Source: an uncultured delta proteobacterium (lineage in GTDB: Bacteria > Myxococcota > B64-G9). From it: a stretch of 64,000 bases of DNA. The DNA is taken from positions 256,001 to 320,000 of the forward strand of contig CAVWHX010000003.1 in NCBI GenBank assembly GCA_963754925.1. Reading direction: 5' to 3'. Under the pieces are notes generated by a model. That model did no database searches, was not told the origin of the DNA, and was given only the letters and a program-made list of their open reading frames with translations. The position numbers and the translations under genes are program-made. Of this stretch, positions 30,166-40,233 are shown piece by piece; the stretch's first letter is position 1, and every line of letters starts with the position of its first letter.

Positions 30166-30245
30166 GGGCAGGTTTCAAACCTGCCCCTACAAACGATATC
30201 GTTGCTATTTACGCCGGTAAGGGCGGGTTTGAAACCCGCCCCTAC
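30162..30245. repeat. Pair of GTAG-type REP palindromes
   Basis: GTAGGGGCAGGTTTCAAACCTGCCCCTAC and GTAAGGGCGGGTTTGAAACCCGCCCCTAC. Confidence 0.85.
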
Positions 30246-30267
30246 AATCGTGTTTGTTCAAACATCC

Positions 30268-30828
30268 TCACGCCGTCAGGCGTGGAGGGATTTTTTCGAT
30301 ACTTGGGTGGAGCGGCGCATCCAGCCGTGGATTGAGCTTGTAGTACTCCGTGAGGAAGTCGTCGGAAAGATGCTGGGCGGCGACCTTTTTGGGGACGGCC
30401 CCCAAGGCGAGCGCCACGCCGTAGACGATGGATTCGGGGCGCGGCGGACAGCCGGGGATGTAATAGTTCACCGGCATGATCTTTTCGAGCCCTCCCACCA
30501 CGTTGTAGGTGTCAAACCAAATCCCGCCCCCGCACGCGCAACTCCCGATGGCGAAAACCAGTTTGGGTTCCGGCACCGCGGTCCACAGCCTCTTCACATA
30601 CGGCACGATCGGGCGCGTCACCGGTCCGCAGACCAAGAGAACGTCGGCGTGTCGCGGGGAGCCGACCAACTTGATGCCGAAGCGCTCCGCGTCGTAGTAC
30701 GGCGTCAGCACGTTTATCACCTCGATGTCGCACCCATTGCAGGCCCCGACGTTCGCGTGGTAGACCCACAGCGACTTGGGAAAGAGCTTTACGAAGGCGC
30801 TTCTGATACTCTGGCTCAACATAGACAT
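30268..30828 (-). CDS. Group 4 hydrogenase small subunit (HycG/HyfI, NuoB-like)
   Basis: GACNGCDIE, SPRHAD, GSCACGGG, PGCPPRP. Confidence 0.95.
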   Translation of the reverse strand: MSMLSQSIRSAFVKLFPKSLWVYHANVGACNGCDIEVINVLTPYYDAERFGIKLVGSPRHADVLLVCGPVTRPIVPYVKRLWTAVPEPKLVFAIGSCACGGGIWFDTYNVVGGLEKIMPVNYYIPGCPPRPESIVYGVALALGAVPKKVAAQHLSDDFLTEYYKLNPRLDAPLHPSIEKIPPRLTA

Positions 30829-30837
30829 AGCGTTACC

Positions 30838-32352
30838 TCACATTGAAAATACGGCCAAAATAGACCGGGTGGCGCTGTCCAAAAGCGGGTAGACCGCCGC
30901 CGGGTACAGGCCGACGACAAGAATCAGTACGGCGATTGAAACCATCGTTACCATCATGGCTGGGTGCATCTCGCGATTGCCCACCTCGAGCGCCTTGACC
31001 TTCTCGCTCTCCGCTCCCCAGAACACCCGGTAGGCCGCCCAGACCATGCAGACCAACGTGAGTAGGCCGCCGACGGCCGAAATCCCCATCGCCCACCAGA
31101 GTTGCGAATTCCCGATCGCCAGGATGATAGTGTACTTGCTCATGAAACCGGCGAAGAGCGGCACGCTGCCCATGGAAAATGACCCGATAAAAAAACACAG
31201 CGCCGTCAGAGGCATCTTGCGGCTGAGCCCGCCCAGCTCGGAGATTCTGCGGATGCCTAGTCGGTAGATGATCGCGCCGGCGCAGAAAAAGAGCAGCCCC
31301 TTGGCAAGCAGGTGGGTGAAGGCGTGGAACAGCCCGCCGTAAATCCCCAGGTAGGTTCCGAGGCCGATTCCCTCGAACATGTACGCGACCTGGCTGATGG
31401 TCGAGTAGGCCAGCAGGCGCTTCAGATCGTCCTGGACGATGGCCATTAAAATTCCCACCAAAATCGAGACGCTGGCCATCGCCGCGACCAGAACCACCAC
31501 AGCCTGGTAGTGGGAGGTAAAGAGCGTCACAACGCGCACCAGGCAATAGGCGCCGATGGTGATGACCACGCCCGAGAGCAGCGCCGAGATGGGCGCCGGG
31601 GCTTCCGAGTGCGCGTCCGGCAGCCAGGCGTGGAAGGGGAACATGCCGCCCTTGGTGCCGAAGGCGCAGACAAAAAGCGCCACCACGGTCAGCGCGATAT
31701 GGGCCGGAATAATGGCGGCCACCTTGCCGATCTCCAGCAGGTGGATGCCGGTGAGGCCGGGCGCTCGCTCGCCCATTTCGGCGAAGATCAGCACCATCCC
31801 CATTAATGCGAACAGAATCGCCATAACCAGCAGCATGTTGAACTTGAAGGCGGCCTCAAGGGATGGTCGCGTTTTGTACAGCGCAATCAGCAGAGCCATG
31901 ACGATGGTAGAAACCTCAATAGCCACGAACATAACCAGCAGGTTGTTGGAGATGACCATCCAGGTTAGTGAGGCACAAAAGACCAGCAAAAGGAAGAAGT
32001 AGAGCCGAACCCCTCGTTCCGTCACCCGGCCTTCCTCGTGCTGGTGCTTGATGTAGGGAAACGAATACACCCCGACTGCGAACACGAAAAAGAAGGTGCA
32101 CAGGATCATCAGTACCGACAACCCGTCCGCGCAGAAAAACTCCTCCCAGGCCGTGAGCGTGATGGGCTGGGTCTTGGCGGGCGTTATGACCATCGAGGCC
32201 AGGATACACCCGAGCGCCAACCCCGGCAGGGTGCCGAGCGCGAAGATCGCCTTCTGGGCAATCTGGTTGCCTCTGGCGAGAAGAAAGATCAAGGATGCCG
32301 CGAGCGGAATGAAGGGAATCCAGGGCAAGAGTTCGGAGATTTCCTTAATCAT
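30838..32352 (-). CDS. Antiporter-like membrane subunit (HyfF-like)
   Basis: LEAAFKF, HAWLPDAHSEAPAPISALLSG, KRLLAYS. Confidence 0.9.
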   Translation of the reverse strand: MIKEISELLPWIPFIPLAASLIFLLARGNQIAQKAIFALGTLPGLALGCILASMVITPAKTQPITLTAWEEFFCADGLSVLMILCTFFFVFAVGVYSFPYIKHQHEEGRVTERGVRLYFFLLLVFCASLTWMVISNNLLVMFVAIEVSTIVMALLIALYKTRPSLEAAFKFNMLLVMAILFALMGMVLIFAEMGERAPGLTGIHLLEIGKVAAIIPAHIALTVVALFVCAFGTKGGMFPFHAWLPDAHSEAPAPISALLSGVVITIGAYCLVRVVTLFTSHYQAVVVLVAAMASVSILVGILMAIVQDDLKRLLAYSTISQVAYMFEGIGLGTYLGIYGGLFHAFTHLLAKGLLFFCAGAIIYRLGIRRISELGGLSRKMPLTALCFFIGSFSMGSVPLFAGFMSKYTIILAIGNSQLWWAMGISAVGGLLTLVCMVWAAYRVFWGAESEKVKALEVGNREMHPAMMVTMVSIAVLILVVGLYPAAVYPLLDSATRSILAVFSM

Positions 32353-32362
32353 ATCGGAGTCC

Positions 32363-33055
32363 TTAATATTTAAGATCCGACAGCTTGACGGTATCGGTTA
32401 CCTTCAATTGCTCGACGATCAGTCGGTTGATGTACAAGACCACGAAAATCGATCCGACGAAGTTCGAGAAGATGCCTATTTGCACCATGCCGAGGAGCTT
32501 GGGCACCAGATGCACCAGCGACAAATGAATTCCCGCTTCCATGAGCAGGATACCCAGCACCATTTTGAAGGGATGGCGGTGCGTTAGCAGAACCATGATA
32601 CCGTACAGAATCAAAAAGACCGCCAGCAGAAGATTCAGGCTGACCTTTTCTCCAAGTTGCTCCAGTGAGCCCGGCGACACGACCAACACAAATGTGTACT
32701 TCACGCTGAAAACTAGCATGACCGCGAGCGCGACAGCGGCGAATATCATCGTGCCCCAGACGGATGCCTTCGGAATGTCCTGGGACGGCGGCATCCGGCG
32801 CGCCGTGTACAACAGGCCTCCCTTGAAGAAGGGCAGCAGCCAGATGCGCGTCACCGCATAGATCCCCGCCCAACCAAACAGATACTGGTTATCAACCGCG
32901 ACGGCATACACGGCGTACACCGCCGTCATGGCAACGGCGACACCAACCATGCAGTAACTGCCGAATTCAAGGGAGGCGGACAACATGGCAATCACGCTCA
33001 AGGCAATGATGGCCACCGTCAAGACAAACACGATATGGGGGATTCCGAGTTCCAT
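32363..33055 (-). CDS. Membrane subunit HyfE-like
   Basis: 230 aa multi-pass protein with NuoK-like C-terminus (LLMEAGIHL); position before the HyfF-like gene. Confidence 0.75.
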   Translation of the reverse strand: MELGIPHIVFVLTVAIIALSVIAMLSASLEFGSYCMVGVAVAMTAVYAVYAVAVDNQYLFGWAGIYAVTRIWLLPFFKGGLLYTARRMPPSQDIPKASVWGTMIFAAVALAVMLVFSVKYTFVLVVSPGSLEQLGEKVSLNLLLAVFLILYGIMVLLTHRHPFKMVLGILLMEAGIHLSLVHLVPKLLGMVQIGIFSNFVGSIFVVLYINRLIVEQLKVTDTVKLSDLKY

Positions 33056-33067
33056 CGAGTTCCCTCC

Positions 33068-33577
33068 TCATGCCATTACTTTGGTCCTCGGCGGACCGTC
33101 CCCTTCTTTCCATTGGCACAACTGGGCCACCCGCTCATCGTGATGGCTCCGCGGATGGGGCGGGTCGAGGGGTGTCTGGGTGCGGTAGCAGCGGCCGCAA
33201 CGGTTGCAGGTTCCCATAAAGACCTCCACCTCCATGAGCAGATCCTTCAGGTTATCCGTTGCCGTCTCGAACTGTTGCGTCATGCTCACCGCCTCTTCCG
33301 GACAGACCTCGGCGCAGCGCCCGCAGTACGTGCATCGCTCCAGATGCCAGGCGAACCGCGCCGTGGGGCCGCGATCCTCTACCGAGATCAAGTTCGGCGG
33401 GCAGACGCTGACGCACCCGCCGCAGCCGATGCAGCGGGAGGCATCCACGAGCGGCAGGCCCCTGAAATCTTCAGGGGTCTCGAGCGGCTTATAGGGATAG
33501 GGTAGCGTGACGCGGCCGGCCGACAGGCAGATCACCGCTTCTTTCAACTTTCCGCGCAGCAATTTGAATCCAAGCAT
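33068..33577 (-). CDS. 2x[4Fe-4S] subunit (HycF/HyfH, NuoI-like)
   Basis: CIGCGGCVSVCP and CTYCGRCAEVCP, extra CNRC. Confidence 0.93.
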   Translation of the reverse strand: MLGFKLLRGKLKEAVICLSAGRVTLPYPYKPLETPEDFRGLPLVDASRCIGCGGCVSVCPPNLISVEDRGPTARFAWHLERCTYCGRCAEVCPEEAVSMTQQFETATDNLKDLLMEVEVFMGTCNRCGRCYRTQTPLDPPHPRSHHDERVAQLCQWKEGDGPPRTKVMA

Positions 33578-33613
33578 TGAAAACTCCTTTTCACCGGCAA
33601 CCTGCGTGGCTGG

Positions 33614-34531
33614 TCAATAGCCGAATGTCGCCAGTCCGACGCCGATTAAGGCGACGCCTATTAACCAGCCGAAGAACCGCAGCGATTGACCGATCTTGAG
33701 CCGCGGGTTGGTCGCGTCCACCAAAGCCACGAGCAAGCTTACGACGATCACCGCCGCATAGTTGATCCCAAAGTTCGCTATCGAGCCGAGTAAGCCCATG
33801 CCGCTGATTCGCGGCAATCCAATGAAGACGTTTACCAACAGCGAGCCGAAGATCAACTGCTTCATGTAGAAGGTCCACTTGAACAGAGCCAGGGATGGTC
33901 CACTATATTCGAGGAACGGCCCCTCCATGATCTCCTGGTCCGCTTCCGGGATGTCGAAGGGCAGTTTCCCGAGCAAGGCCTGCATGCCGAAGAAGTAAAC
34001 AAACAGGGCCAGCAGGGACGAGATGCGCACGGGCGTGCCTACCATCCCCGACAGCAGCAGGGTGTGGCTGCCGAGCCCGGCGACCAACAGGGCGATGATG
34101 ACCGTCGCCTCGACCGTCAACACCATCATCATTTCACGGCTGCTGCCCAGGTGCGAGAAGGGGCTTCCGTGGGCCAGCCCACCCACCATGACGCAGGTTG
34201 AGGACAAGGTGATCAGGTAGATGAAGGGAAAGAGGTCCCCCATCTCTTGCGCCGGCGCGTTCACCCCGAAGGGAACGAAAAAGGCGGCTGCCAGCGTGGC
34301 GGCAAACGCCAGCGGCGGGGCGTAGCGGGCGAAGACGTCGGATTCGCTGACCAAGTCCTCCTTGACCAGCAACTTGACCAGGTCGAGATAGGGCTGCCTA
34401 ATCGGCGGACCCTTCCGGGAATGGACAATAGCCTTGACCTTCCGCATGATCCCTTCCAAAAGCGGCGAGGCAAGCAGCACGGCGAACGTGTAGGCAATCG
34501 TTTTGAGCGTAATGGTCAGGGCTGGATTCAT
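33614..34531 (-). CDS. Membrane subunit HycD/HyfC (NuoH-like)
   Basis: RKGPPIRQPY, PFDIPEADQE, EYSG; start ATG 34531 overlaps the large-subunit stop. Confidence 0.93.
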   Translation of the reverse strand: MNPALTITLKTIAYTFAVLLASPLLEGIMRKVKAIVHSRKGPPIRQPYLDLVKLLVKEDLVSESDVFARYAPPLAFAATLAAAFFVPFGVNAPAQEMGDLFPFIYLITLSSTCVMVGGLAHGSPFSHLGSSREMMMVLTVEATVIIALLVAGLGSHTLLLSGMVGTPVRISSLLALFVYFFGMQALLGKLPFDIPEADQEIMEGPFLEYSGPSLALFKWTFYMKQLIFGSLLVNVFIGLPRISGMGLLGSIANFGINYAAVIVVSLLVALVDATNPRLKIGQSLRFFGWLIGVALIGVGLATFGY

Positions 34532-36225
34532 CGTCCCCTCCCGTTCCCTCGGGTAAACTTCCTGCGGGCCAACGCCGTAAGTTCCCGGGCGGAATACACC
34601 CGTATTCGACCCGAGCGTACATCCACGGTCTGGAGGCGATCGGTGCAGGAGAAGCACGGGTCCATGCTGCCGAGCGTGATCGGAACGTCCGCGATGGTCA
34701 TCCCCGTGAGCGAGACAGCCAGCGACTGCAGGTTGGCGTAGCTCGGTGCCCGCACGCGCCATCGGTAGGGCCGGGCGTTTTCTCCGGTCATGACGTAGTG
34801 GATGACCTCGCCGCGCGGGGCCTCAACCGCCGAGATGCCCTCTTTACCGGGCGGAATGGGTTCGCCGATCTCCGTAAGGACCGGTCCGTCCGGCATCTCC
34901 GCCAAAAGCTGCCGGATCACGCGAATTGATTCCAGCGTCTCCTCGAGTCTCACCAGCGTGCGGGCAGCGCAGTCGTTGGTGGTTTTAAAAACGCCCTTCA
35001 CGTCAACCCGGTCAAAGGCGGCGTAAGGATGATCAATGCGCACATCGATCGGCTGGTTGGAGCCGCGGCCGGTCGGACCCACCGCGCCGAGCGCGCGGGC
35101 ATCCTGCGAACGGAGCACGCCCACCTTGGAAAGCCGCATCAAAAGCGGCGTATCGTCGAGGACCGCGGAGTGGACCTTGACAAACTCCCGTTCGACTTCG
35201 TCCAGGACCGTGAGAATCTCGGGATGCATCTCCTTGGGGATGTCGCGCCGCACGCCGCCGATCAAGTTCATCCCAAAGGTCTTGCGGTTGCCGGTGAGCT
35301 TTTCCATTAACCACATGACAGGCTCGCGAATGCGCCAGCTCTGCATCAACACGGTGTCGAAGCCCAGGATGTGACCGGCGATGCCGAGCCACAGGAGGTG
35401 GCTGTGCACACGCTCCAGTTCCAGGACGAGCGAGCGTATGTACTTGGCCCGCAACGGGACTTCGATTTCCCCGGCGTTCTCCACCGCTTGGACATAGGAC
35501 GTCGAATGGACGAAGCCGCAAATGCCGCAGATACGCTCGGCCACGAAGGGGATCTCGTTGTAGGTTAGCTTCGAGTCCCCAAGCTTCTCAATCCCGCGGT
35601 GGCAGAAGAAACCGCGGTAGTCGAGCCCCAGCACGTCCTCTCCTTCGACGAACACCTTAATGAAGACCGGCTCCTCTAAGACGGGGAAGAAGGGACCGAT
35701 CGGTATCGTCACCGAATGTCCCGGCGGGGCCGCCAGCGGCTGGGCGGCGTTGGCCACCGGTTCGGGCCGAAAGTTGTATGGGAAGTCCCTCCGCAAGGGA
35801 TGCATGCCCTCCGGCCAGTCGTCGGCCAGAACCAGCCGGCGCGGGTCGGGATGACCGTCCGCCTTGATACCCACCAAGTCTTGGAACTCGCGCTCCGCCC
35901 AGGCGGCGGCGGGGACCGTGGGAGTGATAGAGGCAACCGTTGGGTCGTCGGCCGGCGTCTGGGTCCTCAAGATAACCCACGTCTTGCGGCGGTCCTGCGA
36001 GAAGATGTGATTGACCCGGAAACCCTGCCCCTGCTCGCGCATGTCGGTGCCCACGCTTATCACGAAGCGGGCGTCCAGGGTCTGGTCGATGACGCGTGCC
36101 GCGGCCGGAAGGTCCTTAGGGGAAACCACGATCCCGACCGCCTCGGAACCGATGGCGAAGCTTTCCCGCACGTTCGCGCCGAGATGGGAGCGAAGCTCTT
36201 GAACTATGAGAGTTGGGTCACCCAT
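34528..36225 (-). CDS. Group 4 [NiFe]-hydrogenase large subunit (HycE/HyfG-type NuoC+NuoD fusion)
   Basis: L1 ERICGICGFVH and L2 DPCFSCTDR followed by a cleavable C-terminal tail. Confidence 0.96.
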   Translation of the reverse strand: MGDPTLIVQELRSHLGANVRESFAIGSEAVGIVVSPKDLPAAARVIDQTLDARFVISVGTDMREQGQGFRVNHIFSQDRRKTWVILRTQTPADDPTVASITPTVPAAAWAEREFQDLVGIKADGHPDPRRLVLADDWPEGMHPLRRDFPYNFRPEPVANAAQPLAAPPGHSVTIPIGPFFPVLEEPVFIKVFVEGEDVLGLDYRGFFCHRGIEKLGDSKLTYNEIPFVAERICGICGFVHSTSYVQAVENAGEIEVPLRAKYIRSLVLELERVHSHLLWLGIAGHILGFDTVLMQSWRIREPVMWLMEKLTGNRKTFGMNLIGGVRRDIPKEMHPEILTVLDEVEREFVKVHSAVLDDTPLLMRLSKVGVLRSQDARALGAVGPTGRGSNQPIDVRIDHPYAAFDRVDVKGVFKTTNDCAARTLVRLEETLESIRVIRQLLAEMPDGPVLTEIGEPIPPGKEGISAVEAPRGEVIHYVMTGENARPYRWRVRAPSYANLQSLAVSLTGMTIADVPITLGSMDPCFSCTDRLQTVDVRSGRIRVYSARELTALARRKFTRGNGRGR

Positions 36226-36238
36226 GGTCTGTACTCCT

Positions 36239-38251
36239 TTACCAGAACATTAAGAATAAGAACGCCGCGACCAGGCCGATCACGACCCACAGGGCATACA
36301 CCTGCGTGATGCCCACATGGCTTTTTGCCACGAACCTAAACAATCGCAGCGTCCCCTGCGCCAGCGGCTCGTAGCCCCACCGATCCGGGTTAAGCACCCT
36401 GGCCACCACGGGCCACGGCTTGGGCCGCCAGGACACGTGCCAGTCCGGCAGGAGCACGCGGGCGAACTTCTTGAACGGGGTGTGATAGCTGTCCGCCTTG
36501 AATCGGAGCTGCTCGGGCGCAACCTCGGAGCCGCAGCTCCACACCGCCACCTCGCGGCGCGGGGCGGCGGCGAGCCGCCGAATCATCAGCGCAACCACGA
36601 AAGCCGCCACCAGGAGAAGCCCGGTCAGCACCGGCGACCAGAGTCCGACCACGGCGACTTCGTCGCGGACCCCGAGCACGAGGAAGGAGTTGCCGAAAAG
36701 CTCCACGAAAGAGGGTAAACGCGCTTGTAGCAGCGGCCCGGCCGCCGCGTGGCCAAGCCATGCCCCGGCGTGGGGTATGATACCGAGGCCGACGCACAGC
36801 AGCGCCAAGAAGAGCTGGCTCACGGAAAGCCACGGACCCTCCTGGTACTTCTTGACGGCGAGCACCGTCGGCGATGGGGCGCCCAGAACCGTGGATCCCA
36901 TGAACTTGACGAAGGAGGCCAGCGTCACGGCGGATATAAAGATGGCCGCGATGCCGAAGAAAAGGAAGAGCAGCGCCGCCGGGCCGCCGCTCCAGATGGA
37001 GGCATGGTAGAGCAACCACTTGCTGGCGAATCCGTTGAAGGGCGGCAAACCGGAGATCGAGAAGGAAGCCACGACCGTCGCGAGCGTTGTTAAAGGCAGG
37101 AATTTTCCCAGTCCGCCCAAGTTGTTCAAGTCCCGCTCGCCGGTAGTGAATTCGAACGTTCCGGCATTGAGGAAGAGCAGGCCTTTGAAGCAGGCGTGGT
37201 TGATCAGATGGAACAGCCCCCCAATCAAGCCAACGGCGGCGATGGTCGGGTTGATCTCGATACAGGCCAACCCGATCCCGAAGCCCAGCAGCATATAACC
37301 CACCTGACCGATGGAGTGGTAGGCCAGCAACCGTTTCGAGTCATGCTGCATGAGCGCCGCCATGGTGCCGAAGAAGAGCGACAGCGTTCCGAAGGCGGCG
37401 ATCACCACCCCCCAGGCAAAACTATAAGAACCGACCGGCAAAAACTGGAAGAACACCCGCAGGATACCGTAGAGCCCCATCTTGATCATCACGCCCGAAA
37501 GGAGCGCAGAGACCGGCGACGGCGCGGCCGGGTGGGCATCGGGCAACCACCACATGCCAAATGGGAAGGCGCCGGCCTTGACCAGAAATCCAAGCAATAT
37601 AAGCAGCAATGCCAGGTGGGCGACGAGGGGCTGCGCGGCGATGAGGCCCGGCAGGGAACGGGTGATCTCCTCGAAGCGAAACGAGCCGCCGCCGTTCTGG
37701 ACCAGGAGAACGACGCCGAAGAACAGGGCCACCGTCCCGGTATGGGTGATGAAAAAGTACTTGAAGCCGGCTTTCAGGTTCTCTTGACGCTCCTTATGGA
37801 AGATGACCAGTCCGTAGGAGCAGAGCGCCATGATCTCCCAGGGGACGAAGAAGAAGAAGAAATCGTCCACGACGACGACGCCGGCCATGCTCCCGATGAA
37901 AAGTAAAAACAGGGGAAAGAAGCCCCGTTCGTGGCCCTGCATCGTGGCCGTGTAGGTCATTGAGAACCAGGTGGCGGCTATCGCGATGGCGGTAATTACC
38001 AGCAGTACGACGGCGGAGAGGGCGTCCACCCGAATGGCGAGCGAGGCGTTGAGTATTCCCGGCTTCCAGATCTCGATCGGACCGATAGGGACACCGCTCC
38101 CCAGAATCTGCGCCGCGACGGCGATAAAGAGCGCCCCCGCCGACAAGACGCTTATGCAGGTGACGGCTCGGGACAGTCGCCCCGAGGTGAAAACCGTAAC
38201 CAGCGCGGCCGCGGCCAAAATGCCGAATGCGGTAAAAAGCAAAGACTCCAT
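36239..38251 (-). CDS. Antiporter-like membrane subunit (HyfB/HycC-like)
   Basis: WLPDAHPAAPSPVSALLSGVMIK, KRLLAYH, PPFNGFASKW; long C-terminal extension. Confidence 0.92.
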   Translation of the reverse strand: MESLLFTAFGILAAAALVTVFTSGRLSRAVTCISVLSAGALFIAVAAQILGSGVPIGPIEIWKPGILNASLAIRVDALSAVVLLVITAIAIAATWFSMTYTATMQGHERGFFPLFLLFIGSMAGVVVVDDFFFFFVPWEIMALCSYGLVIFHKERQENLKAGFKYFFITHTGTVALFFGVVLLVQNGGGSFRFEEITRSLPGLIAAQPLVAHLALLLILLGFLVKAGAFPFGMWWLPDAHPAAPSPVSALLSGVMIKMGLYGILRVFFQFLPVGSYSFAWGVVIAAFGTLSLFFGTMAALMQHDSKRLLAYHSIGQVGYMLLGFGIGLACIEINPTIAAVGLIGGLFHLINHACFKGLLFLNAGTFEFTTGERDLNNLGGLGKFLPLTTLATVVASFSISGLPPFNGFASKWLLYHASIWSGGPAALLFLFFGIAAIFISAVTLASFVKFMGSTVLGAPSPTVLAVKKYQEGPWLSVSQLFLALLCVGLGIIPHAGAWLGHAAAGPLLQARLPSFVELFGNSFLVLGVRDEVAVVGLWSPVLTGLLLVAAFVVALMIRRLAAAPRREVAVWSCGSEVAPEQLRFKADSYHTPFKKFARVLLPDWHVSWRPKPWPVVARVLNPDRWGYEPLAQGTLRLFRFVAKSHVGITQVYALWVVIGLVAAFLFLMFW

Positions 38252-38271
38252 GGTCGCCCCTTCCAATAACG

Positions 38272-39735
38272 CTACAGGCTTTCCAAGAACGGATAGACGA
38301 TGGCCGGCATCACGAGCGTCAGTGCGGCCACCGCGATGAGGATTCCGTCCACGACCACAGCACCCGGCTCACGCTGGGCGGCTTTCACACTCGCAGACGG
38401 CTCCCCGAACAACACCTTCTGCCCCACCCTCAAGAACCAGAAGAAGGTCAAAATAATCTCCAGCAAAAACGGCACGACAATCAACCACGGTGCGATCCCC
38501 TTCAGCTCGAGGATGCCGATGACGAGCAGCAGCTTGCTCCAGAAGCAGGAGAGCGGCGGAATGCCGGTCACGGCCAGAAGGCCGATGAAGAAACAGATCG
38601 AGACGACCGGCATTTTTCGGTACAGGCCCGAGATCTGGGAGATCGACTTCACCCCCAGGCGCATCGCCATGACCCCCACGCAGAGAAACAGCAGCGCCTT
38701 GGCGGGCGCGTGGCAGGCTATGTGAAACACCCCGGCGCGAAAGCCGGTCTTAGACCCCAGCATGAACAGGGACAGCCCCAGCATGATATAGCCGAGTTGG
38801 GCGATGGTGGAGAAGGCCAGGAAGCGCTTGAGGTCGTCTTGGTAGAAATAGAAGATCAGGGCAACGACCATCGTGATAAGCGCCAGGCCGGCCATCAATC
38901 CGCCCATCCAGGTGGGCAGGGTGCCGGTCTCGTAGATGACCCGCGCCATGAGGTAGACACCCGCTTTCACCATAGCCGCTGCATGGAGATAGGCCGAGAT
39001 CGGCGTGGGGGCTTCCATGGCGTCCGGCAACCAGGTAAACAGCGGCACTTGGGCTGACTTGGCCGTGGCGGCGATCAGGAGGAAGACGAAGACGACCCCC
39101 TGGGCCTCGGGGCCCAACCTTCTGAGCGCCTCGAAGCTGAAGCTGCCGGTCAGCGAGTACACGATGGCGATGGCGCAGAAGAAAAAGACTCCGCCGATGT
39201 GGGTCATCACCAACGCCTTGAACCCGGCCCGAACTGATGTCACCTGGTGGATACGGTGCGAGATCAAGACATACGAGCAGAACGTGGTGATTTCCCAGAA
39301 GATGAAGAGCACCAACAGGTTTCCTGCCAGGGCCACGCCGACCATGGCACCGATGAATAGGGAGAGGAAGAAGTAGTAACGGCCGTTGCCCTCGTGGTTC
39401 TGGATGGGATGCTCCCGGTTACCCGGTCCCATGTAGAAGATCGAGAAGGCCATAACCGCCAAGCCGATGATCAACACGACCAGCAGCAAAATCGCTCCGA
39501 GCGCATCCAGCCGCAGTGGGAGCGATCCGTCGCTGGGAAGCCAGGGAAGTTGCGTCAGAGAGGACTGGAGGGGGAAGTCCGCCATCCCGCCGAAGACCAC
39601 CGCCAGGCCAATGATCAGATAGCCTACCGGGAGAATGAACGCCAGGATATCCTGGGTTTTTCCCCGCGCCAGGAAGAGGATGACTGCGCCAACAAACGGA
39701 CAAGCCAAAAGTACAACGAGGTGTTCCGAATTCAT
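38272..39735 (-). CDS. Antiporter-like membrane subunit (HyfD-like)
   Basis: KSAQVPLFTWLPDAMEAPTPISAYLHAAAMVKAG; start ATG 39735. Confidence 0.92.
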   Translation of the reverse strand: MNSEHLVVLLACPFVGAVILFLARGKTQDILAFILPVGYLIIGLAVVFGGMADFPLQSSLTQLPWLPSDGSLPLRLDALGAILLLVVLIIGLAVMAFSIFYMGPGNREHPIQNHEGNGRYYFFLSLFIGAMVGVALAGNLLVLFIFWEITTFCSYVLISHRIHQVTSVRAGFKALVMTHIGGVFFFCAIAIVYSLTGSFSFEALRRLGPEAQGVVFVFLLIAATAKSAQVPLFTWLPDAMEAPTPISAYLHAAAMVKAGVYLMARVIYETGTLPTWMGGLMAGLALITMVVALIFYFYQDDLKRFLAFSTIAQLGYIMLGLSLFMLGSKTGFRAGVFHIACHAPAKALLFLCVGVMAMRLGVKSISQISGLYRKMPVVSICFFIGLLAVTGIPPLSCFWSKLLLVIGILELKGIAPWLIVVPFLLEIILTFFWFLRVGQKVLFGEPSASVKAAQREPGAVVVDGILIAVAALTLVMPAIVYPFLESL

Positions 39736-39770
39736 GGGTATACCCGTTATGGTTGTACAGACATCGTTTG

Positions 39771-40232
39771 TTACCTCTCGCCAGACCAACGACGAAAGAA
39801 TTTTTCCAGCGCTTCTACGCCGGCCGCTACGCGAGAACTCAAGCACGATTGCTCGGCGATGACTGCCGGTTGCATGCCAAGCAGGAAAACGGATGCTCCC
39901 GTGCGTTGTTGAAGGTAGATCATGCTGGTTTCGAGCGAGGCGCCATGAGTGCCGCCGACACCGGACCTCAAGGTCTTCGCATCCAGGACCGCCATGTGGC
40001 CTGGCTCGGCCCCCATGTCCACGGCGTCGGCTATCAATACGGTGTCGGGACGCTTCTCCGCGATGTCACCGGTGTAATCCTCCAGCCGGTCCCCACAGTC
40101 GATGGCATGAAGGTTCGGCGATGGGGCAAGCCTCCGGACGAGCCGCGGCCCGAAGCCGTCGTCCCCCCGCTCGACGGCGCCGACGCCGGCCACGACCACC
40201 CTGCCCTTCAGTATTTCCAATATCTTCTCCAC
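39771..40232 (-). CDS. Hydrogenase maturation endopeptidase (HycI-like)
   Basis: GVG...RGDDGFG, DAVD, TH motif; GTG start at 40232. Confidence 0.9.
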   Translation of the reverse strand: MEKILEILKGRVVVAGVGAVERGDDGFGPRLVRRLAPSPNLHAIDCGDRLEDYTGDIAEKRPDTVLIADAVDMGAEPGHMAVLDAKTLRSGVGGTHGASLETSMIYLQQRTGASVFLLGMQPAVIAEQSCLSSRVAAGVEALEKFFRRWSGER

Positions 40233-40233
40233 G

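Noticed and set aside
30268..39735. Complex I (nuo) or Ni-less Ehr/Mbx complex
   Set aside because: Both Ni-binding CxxC motifs, a C-terminal tail and a maturation protease are present
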